DNA of 64,000 bases. Origin: the human T2T-CHM13v2.0 reference genome, Homo sapiens. The stretch lies in the NCBI RefSeq assembly GCF_009914755.1, contig NC_060939.1. One strand, given 5' to 3'. The notes beneath the pieces were generated by a model that saw nothing but the letters and a program-made list of their open reading frames with translations, was not told the origin of the DNA and did not search any database. Position numbers and translations under genes: made by a program. Positions 55,920 to 64,000 of the stretch are shown in pieces (position 1 is the first letter of the stretch; every line of letters begins with the position of its first letter).

Positions 55920-58135
55920 AGACCAGTTAGTTGTAAGGGAAGGGAGAAAAGAAGGTGCGGGAGAAGCGACAGAAGCTAAGCTTCTCTGTATATACCTATC
56001 TTACACATTTGGCTTTGGGATCATGCAAATATTTTATATATTTGTAAAGTAAAATTAGATTTTAAAAGAACAATCCCTAAGAATAAAAAATAAAATAATA
56101 AAAGCAAAAAAACCTATGATTCCCATTGGTGGTGGTAACCACATAGAGAAGAATTATTCTAATTGACTTTAATACACATGAATTTCACTGAAGGTCAGTA
56201 TATCCAAGGATAAAAGAACTAAAAATGAGATTTAAAACTTTTTGCAGTGACGTTATTGTTGATGGTAGCATTGGACTTGCTGTTATGAGACTGCTGTGTG
56301 GGTGATGTGAGACAAAGCAAATGAACAATACAAATGTGATCATTTGGTTTTTTATTCTGGTAATCTTGAAAATCCGTATTCTTGATATGGGAAAAAGGAG
56401 ACAGGGAAAAAAGATAGAAGAAATTAAGTGAAAACTCTATAGTCCTAGAATTGAATTGTAAGTATCTGTAAAAACTCCTGAGGTCTTTTATCTTAAACAA
56501 AACCAAACCAGGACATATTTTGCAGATCCCTTCACTGAAAAGGCATAATAACAATGAGCAAATGGCCAACTTAATAGCAGTGATCTAGTGCCCAGGTCAT
56601 GGTCTCTCAACACCATATCCCATTTAAAAGGAACCAGGATTCCATGGCAAAATTACTTATTCTGGGTCTGGAGGTAAAACAATGCAAAATTAGCCTGGAA
56701 CATTATGTAATTAACAGGTAGCAAGGAAGCTGTCAAGACTACTAGAGTCTCATCAGAAGGACTCAGGAATCAGCTTGTCAACACTTTTATAAGCAGAAAT
56801 TGGGACAATTTGAAGCCAGGCGCAGTGGCTCACACCTGCAATCCCAGAATTTTGAGATGCTGAGGCGGGCAGATCACTTGAGGTCAGGAGTTTGAGACCA
56901 GCCTGGCCAAAATGGTGAAACCTCATTCCTACTAAAAATACAAAATTAGCCAGGCGTGGTGGTGCATGGCTATATAATCCCAGCTACACAAGAACTGCTT
57001 GAACCCGGGAGGCAGAGGTTGCCGCGAGCTGAGATCCTGCCACTGCATTCTAGCCTGGGTGACAGAGTGAGACTCCGTCTCAAAAAAAAAAAAAAAAAAT
57101 TGGGACAAAATTTGAGCATCAATAAAAGCAAAAATTGCAAAGGACTTAAGCATGTCAACTATGTTTATATCACTAAGTTAATAATAATACTAAAATGCAT
57201 TAGTCACTGTTGGCGGGTGCTCAGGAATCAACTCATTACATTGAAAACAAATAGAAGGAAAAAACCCAAATATTCATTCTGCCTTTTCTATATGAACAAT
57301 ATCACTGGATAACCAAACAGTAGATGAGGAAAATTTGTCTTTACAGAAATATTTCAGTCAATAAATAAGGAAGGGATGATAGAATGAGAATGTCATCATT
57401 TTGCAACTCTAATGAACTGATATATGCATTGAATATCAAAGCCAATAAAGTCGCAAAAAGGGAGACAGCCAAACAGTGTACATCTCTTGATGGAAGAACC
57501 CAGTACTACCCATGTAGGATTCTTGCCTTCTATGGTGCTTCTCGACCTCCCGAAAATTGAGGCTCCAGATCTAACTACCTATTTATGAGAATTACAGTGT
57601 ACAAGGAAACACATTAAACTAAATCATGGGTTTGCAACCACCAAAATCCAGACAGTGGGAAACTTTACAGGACAAACAATTCAATTTCTTCAACAAATAA
57701 ATTGCAAAAGAAAAAGAAAACTAGATACAGAACCAAAAAGATTAAGTGAGACTTAAAAGATGTATCCACCAACTGCAATGCATGGCCCTTATTTGGATCT
57801 TTATGTAAATGAACAAATAAACAGACAAAAAACCTACGACAACACTCTTTATGACATTTATAAGAAAATTGGAAAATTACTATTTTGTTGTCAACTCCTA
57901 ATTTCTGAGGCATGAAAATGGTATTGTGAATATGCTAAAAAGTATATTTTATGAATACACATAAAAATATTTACTGATTAAATGATGTTTTGTATAGTGG
58001 GAGTGGGTGAGTAGTAGAATAAGCTTGGACTTGGGTTGCTGATTGTGGGGCTGGGCTATGGGTACTTGGGGTTCATTAGACTTTTCTGTCTACCTTTATG
58101 TATGTTTGAAATCTTGCATAGTAAAAGGTAAAAGA
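55920..58135 (+). mobile_element. L1MC-type 3' region (L1MC4-like) with a nested Alu
   Basis: AAAAGGAACCAGGATTCCATGG...TTAGCCTGGAACAT and GGGTACTTGGGGTTCATTAGACTTTTCTGTCTACCTTTATGTATGTTTGAAAT. Confidence 0.75.
56815..57099 (+). mobile_element. AluS with a short internal deletion in the right arm
   Basis: CCCAGCTACACAAGAACTGCTTGAACC lacks GGGAGGCTGAGG; TSD AAATTGGGACAATTTGA / AAATTGGGACAAAATTTGA. Confidence 0.93.
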
Positions 58136-58328
58136 TAAAAGTAACAACAACAAAACAGCATCAACAAAACAAAAATGAAACTCAACTTTGCTGTGAATTG
58201 GATAGTGTCATTCCATATTATTAATAAGGAAGTTGTGGCTTGGAGGAGTTAACAGCCTCACCAGGACACAATCAGTCAATGGCAAAGCCAATTTCATACC
58301 TAGGTCTTTTTCAAGAGAAAAAATATTT

Positions 58329-58632
58329 GGCCTGGTGAGGTGGCTCATACCTGTAATCCCAGTACTTTGGGAGGCCGAGGTGGGCAGATCACTTGAGGCT
58401 AGGAGCTTGAGACCAGACTGACCAACATGGCAAAACCCCATCTCTACTAAAAATACAAAAATTGCTGGGCGTGGTGGCTTATGCCTGTAATCCCAGCTAC
58501 TCAGGAGGCTTAGGCAGGAGAATCACTTGAGTCTGGGAGGCAGAGGTTGCAGTGAGCAGAAATCATACCACTGCCCTCCGGCCTGGGTGTCAGAGAGAGA
58601 CTCTGTCTCATTTTAAAAAATAAATAAATAAA
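58329..58632 (+). mobile_element. AluS/J
   Basis: Full dimer with (TAAA)n tail. Confidence 0.93.
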
Positions 58633-60070
58633 GAGAGAAAACATGTTCACTTTTTTGCCATACTACATTGCATACCTAAAATCAAATAATGCAACTTCAA
58701 AAATATCAAATTCACTAGAAAAAATTAATTAGCAGAAAAGCATTTTACAATTAAACATTTCTTCCATAGATATTTCTTAAATGTTTGGTCCCTGACCTCA
58801 TTGCCACATTAAAATAAGATATATAATCATATTCAATTAAGTTCAAACTTATGTGTGCAGTAATTTAAAGTTTAATTTATGAGTATTCCATGAGGCTTTG
58901 TAAAAGCATCCCCGTGATACTTCACACATTCTGACACCAGAACATGTTTGAGAAATATTGATTTAGCGGTTGGTGACAAAAGGTTTTTAGAATTTTCAGC
59001 ACACACAAAGGTTAGAATGTGTCAGTGGGCATTACACTCTGAATAGCCATGTTAAGTACTAAACTATTTTAATGACAGTAAGTATGCCCTGCTGTTGGCA
59101 GTGAAACTGTGTTACCATTAGCATATTTTACAAGTTGAGTCTATTTTGTGTTCTAACTTGAAGCAGCTTTATTTCCTGCCCCATTACAGGATAGTACTTT
59201 TATAATATGAAATAAATGTCCCCAATTCAACTCATTTTAAGACATGGATTTATAATGCCATGAACTTGGGGCAAACCTTTAAAATGTTTTAAAGCATATT
59301 TTTTCTTAGTTTTAAACCTTGAATTATTCCACTCATGGTTTTTATGTTAAAAAATATTTCATTAAACTTGCCAAATTTTATTGTAAAATACTTGAATAAG
59401 AAGTCTAAAAAATAAATGCACAAGACATTTTGTTCTTCCCCAGGTTCAGATGATGAGTATGGGAAATCTTTTTTCTGTCCAGCTTAGTTAGCAATTTTTT
59501 ATGTTTTTATTTTTTGTTATATTTTATTTAGAAGCAGCATATGTACTTTTTAAGTTAGCAAAATTGGCCCTACCTGGAATTGGAACAGTTTGGCAGAACT
59601 ATAGGAAGTTACCCTGAAGTTCCATTTTCTCTGCCAGATGTGATTTTGCCATGACTTGATATCTGTCTGTTAGGCCTAACTCTTGCCACATGGCACAGGA
59701 AACCTTATTTTAAACAACCAGAGTTCATCAGCAATCTTATTAAATATCTGGCATGTCTTATCATTCATGAGCATTGATTAGTGTTGGACCTCACAGTCAC
59801 ATTGTCCCATCTGCACACAGGGAGAACTCTGACGCTTCAGACTCAGAAGCCTCTTAGTAAAGGATTTGGGTGAACAAAGTATCTTTCCTGGAGGGTCTCT
59901 GAGAGCCCCTTGTTTAACTCCTACTCAGTTATAATCCAGTTCTACATAGATTAACATCTTTAAGGAAGTATAAGCAGTATATCACGGAGCCTAGTACATG
60001 TTCCGTAGTTTGAGAGAAGGGGACCTCCAATTCTCTAAACACTCTTAGATGTTGCCTTCTTCTGAAGTAG

Positions 60071-60421
<351 letters not shown>

Positions 60422-60479
60422 ACAGATTTATGTTTTTAAGAGGACATTGCCTTTATGAAACTGCCTTAAACTCATGAGG

Positions 60480-62260
60480 CAGGACAGACTGAGATGAGCA
60501 AAGATGAAAACAGATGAAAGGCATAGTTTCCAAATGAAATCAAGAGGCGGGAGATGCTGGATTCAGCAGAGAATCAGATTAGTGAAAACAAATTCAGAAA
60601 AGTTCAGTTACAGAGGATAAGGACAGGGAAATAAAATCAACGAGGAGACTGTAGCTATGTTGGACAGATCTCAGACATCCAATGTAAGTACTCACAAAAG
60701 AGAGAAGACATCAAACGGAAGAGAGGAAATTCAGTCAGTGCTATAAGACAGCTTTGATTTACTAAAAGCTTTTGTGAAAAAAATTCAAAGCTGTCATTAA
60801 ATATGTGTCAGTTGTAAGATGTATTGCATTTTGATTTCAAAAAATGGAAAAAGATAGGAAGGAGCAAGTTAGAATTTAGGAAATGTAGAAACAGAAAAAA
60901 TTATGATACAGAAATTGTTATAGGCCTTATCCTCTGAGCCTAAGTAATTCAAATAAACATTAAGTGAAGAGGTTTGAATCAAAACCTATAAACATTACAA
61001 ATTTTAAAACACTCTTCTGAAGAAATTATTCATGCAAGAGGAAATGAAAAATATAATTACACATTATGTAGAAGATAACAAAAACAAGAGTATTCGTTTC
61101 AGAAATTATCATGTAACTACAGTCTATACTGAGAGGACCTCACATTCTTTCAAAAATGTAAACATTTAATATATTCAGTAAGTGATATTGGAACAGTTGG
61201 TTAATTTAGAAAAAGTTAATTTAAATTGTTAACATATGTAATAGTAAATTCCAGATGGATTGAAGAGTTAAATAAAAAATTTAACCATAAAAACATAAAA
61301 ATACCATGAAAGTAAATACTTCCAAATTTCTGATGGAGAAGCTTCAAATGAATGGAAAGTAAAATGTATTGATGGATTTAACTACATAGAAGCCTTAAAA
61401 TGAATACTTGTCGAAAAACATTCAAATGAGAAGTTAAAGTAAGATAACATGTAATACAAATTTTGTAAAATACCATGTAAAAGACTTTTCAAATGGACAA
61501 AAAAGAGATAGTAGATGAATAGGTAAAGGAAAATACTTTACAGTTGTAATAGAAAAGCAAGTGACTGGTTAATAATCATATGGAAAGATTCAACTTTATT
61601 TCTAATCAATAAAATATAAACCCAAGCAATGACTAAAAAGCACTCCCCCACCTCCAGCAATTACTTTCAAAAAAAGAAGTTTGCAAACCCAGTGCTAGTG
61701 ATGGTGATGGGCAGAGATCAAGTTTATATTGTGCTGTTGAATACTGCTAAGTGCAGTGCTTTTGATAAGCAGTTTTGCAACATGTATTAAGAACCTCAGA
61801 AATATCTTTAGTTTTTGACTCAGCAAATGTTGTTTCAGGGAATTTCCTGAGGGAATAGTCTAAGTAAAAAGAATGCTTCCTGCAAAAATACATTGATATT
61901 ATTATTTATAATACTTGACAACCAGAAACAATCTAAATGTTAAACCGTAGGGGAATGGCCAAGTAAATTATGGGATTTCTGAGATGGAATATTACTAATT
62001 TTTATTATGCTTATACTTTTGAAATAACAGGAAATGCTAACATGATATCCTTAAGTTAAAAGATCAGGTCACAGAATCACATAGGAAATCTATAATTTTA
62101 TTTATATGTGAACAGAAAGAGAAACCTCATGAAAAAGCAAAAATAACAGTGGTTATCACTGGGTTGTGGAATTAAGAGTGTTTTAAATTTTCTTTTAAAT
62201 GTATTCTCCAGGCTTACTACAAATGAGCATATAATACTTTGATCATTAAAATATGATTAA
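60480..62260 (+). mobile_element. Highly diverged L1ME fragments
   Basis: AAATTCCAGATGGATTGAAGAGTTAAAT, AGAAACAATCTAAATGT and TAACAGTGGTTATCACTGGGT. Confidence 0.65.
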
Positions 62261-62494
62261 AATATTCCTTCTAAATACTGATGAAGAAGCACTTGGGAAG
62301 GGATTAACAGTAGTTAATTAACAATTAAGATATTTTGAAGGTTGGTGGCAATTTTAATACAAAGAAAGGATTGGGGGAATGGACATCCAAGGCTCAATAC
62401 TTGTTTAATAGTGTCCACTTTTTTCTACTCCTGGTTCTGATTTCCCTTCTTGTTTTTTTTTAATTTTTAAATTTTATTTATTCATTTATTTTTA

Positions 62495-62788
<294 letters not shown>

Positions 62789-64000
62789 TATTCATTTATT
62801 TTTAACATTTGTGGGTACCTAGTAAGTGTATATATTTATGGGGTATGTGAGATATTTTGAATCAGGCATGCAATACACAATAATCACATCAGGGTAAATG
62901 GGGTATCCGTCACCTCAGGCATTTATCCTTTCTTTGTGTTCAGTCAAATTATACTCTCAGTTATTTTAAAATCTATAGTAAATTATTGTTGACTGTAGTC
63001 ACCCTGTTGTGCTACCAGATACTAGATCTTATTCATTTTATCTAACTATATTTTTGTACCCATTAGCCATCCCCACTTCCCCCACCGCCACTATCCTTCC
63101 TAGCCACTGGTGACCACCATTCTACTGTGTATCCCCATGAGTTCAAATGTTTTAATTTTTTTTAGCTTCCACAAATAACTGAGAACATGTGAAGTTTGTC
63201 TTTCTGTACCTGGTTTATTTCACTTAGCATAAAGACCTCCAGTTTCATCCATGTCATTGCAAATGACAGAATCTCTTTCTTTTTTTATGGCTGAAGAGTA
63301 CTCCATTGTGTATATGCATCACATTTTTTTTTTATCCATTCATCTGTTCATGGACCCTTATGTTGCTTCCAATTCTTAGCAATTGTGAATAGTGCTGCAA
63401 AAAACATGGGAGGGCAGATATCTCTTCGATATACTGATTTCCTTTCTTTTGGGTATATACCTAGGAGTGGGATTGCTGGAACATGATAGTTCTATTTTTA
63501 GTTTTTTGAGGAACCTCCATACTGTTCTCCATAGTGGTTGTGCTAATTTACATTCCCACCAACAGTGTATGAGGGTTCCTCTTTCTCCACATTCTTGCCA
63601 TCATTCATTATTGCTTGTCATTTGGATAAAAGTCATTTTAACTGGAGTGAGATGATATCTCATTGTAGTTTTGATTTACATTTCTCTGAAGATCAATAAT
63701 GCTGAGTACTTTTTCGTATGCCTGTTTGGACTCAAGTGATCCTCTCATCTCAGCCTCTTGAGTAGGTGGGACCACAGGCTTTTTAACTTGATGTGATCCC
63801 ACTTGTCTTCTTTTGCTTTGGTTGCCTGCACTTGTCGGGTATTACTCAAGAAATCTTTGCCCAGTCCAATGTCCTGGAGAATTTCCCCAGTGTTTTCTTT
63901 TAGTAGTTTCACAGTTTGAGGTCTTAGACTTAAGAATTTAATCCATTTTGATTTGATTTTTGTGTATGGCAAGAGATGGGTATCTAGTTTTATTCTTCTG
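62789..64000 (-). mobile_element. L1MA (MA1-3-like) 3' end; continues off the right edge
   Basis: AATCACATCAGGGTAAATGGGGTATCC 3' UTR; antisense ORF2 (ORF 63745-63972 [11 protein letters not shown]…KDFLSNT). Confidence 0.9.

Overview
Human or closely related great-ape genomic DNA, mostly interspersed repeats (L1, Alu, L2, MIR, MaLR/ERV LTRs, hAT DNA transposons) and microsatellites. The only protein-coding sequence I can support is one 120-nt plus-strand exon at 42805-42924, which the ORF track misses. It encodes TTAEKSPGAYFLPEFALSPQGSFLEDTTGEQFLTYRYDDQ, which I recognise from memory as residues ~24-63 of ADAMTSL3 (punctin-2, 15q25), so the window is that exon plus parts of the two flanking introns. 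Other main features are the 3' end of a young L1PA2-like element, a near-complete sense THE1A provirus ~640 bp upstream of the exon, a U6 retrocopy abutting an old L1 3' segment and about 18 Alu-family insertions. I found no convincing new gene system. The best leads are: (i) a consensus-flanked 91-nt candidate poison exon at 51952-52042 whose core is locally duplicated; (ii) several short locally templated or filler insertions that look like break-repair scars; (iii) an in-frame internal splice acceptor in the ADAMTSL3 exon; (iv) a THE1A LTR donor placed to splice into that exon. Repeat subfamily names are by eye from remembered consensus sequences, and boundaries of old repeats are approximate.
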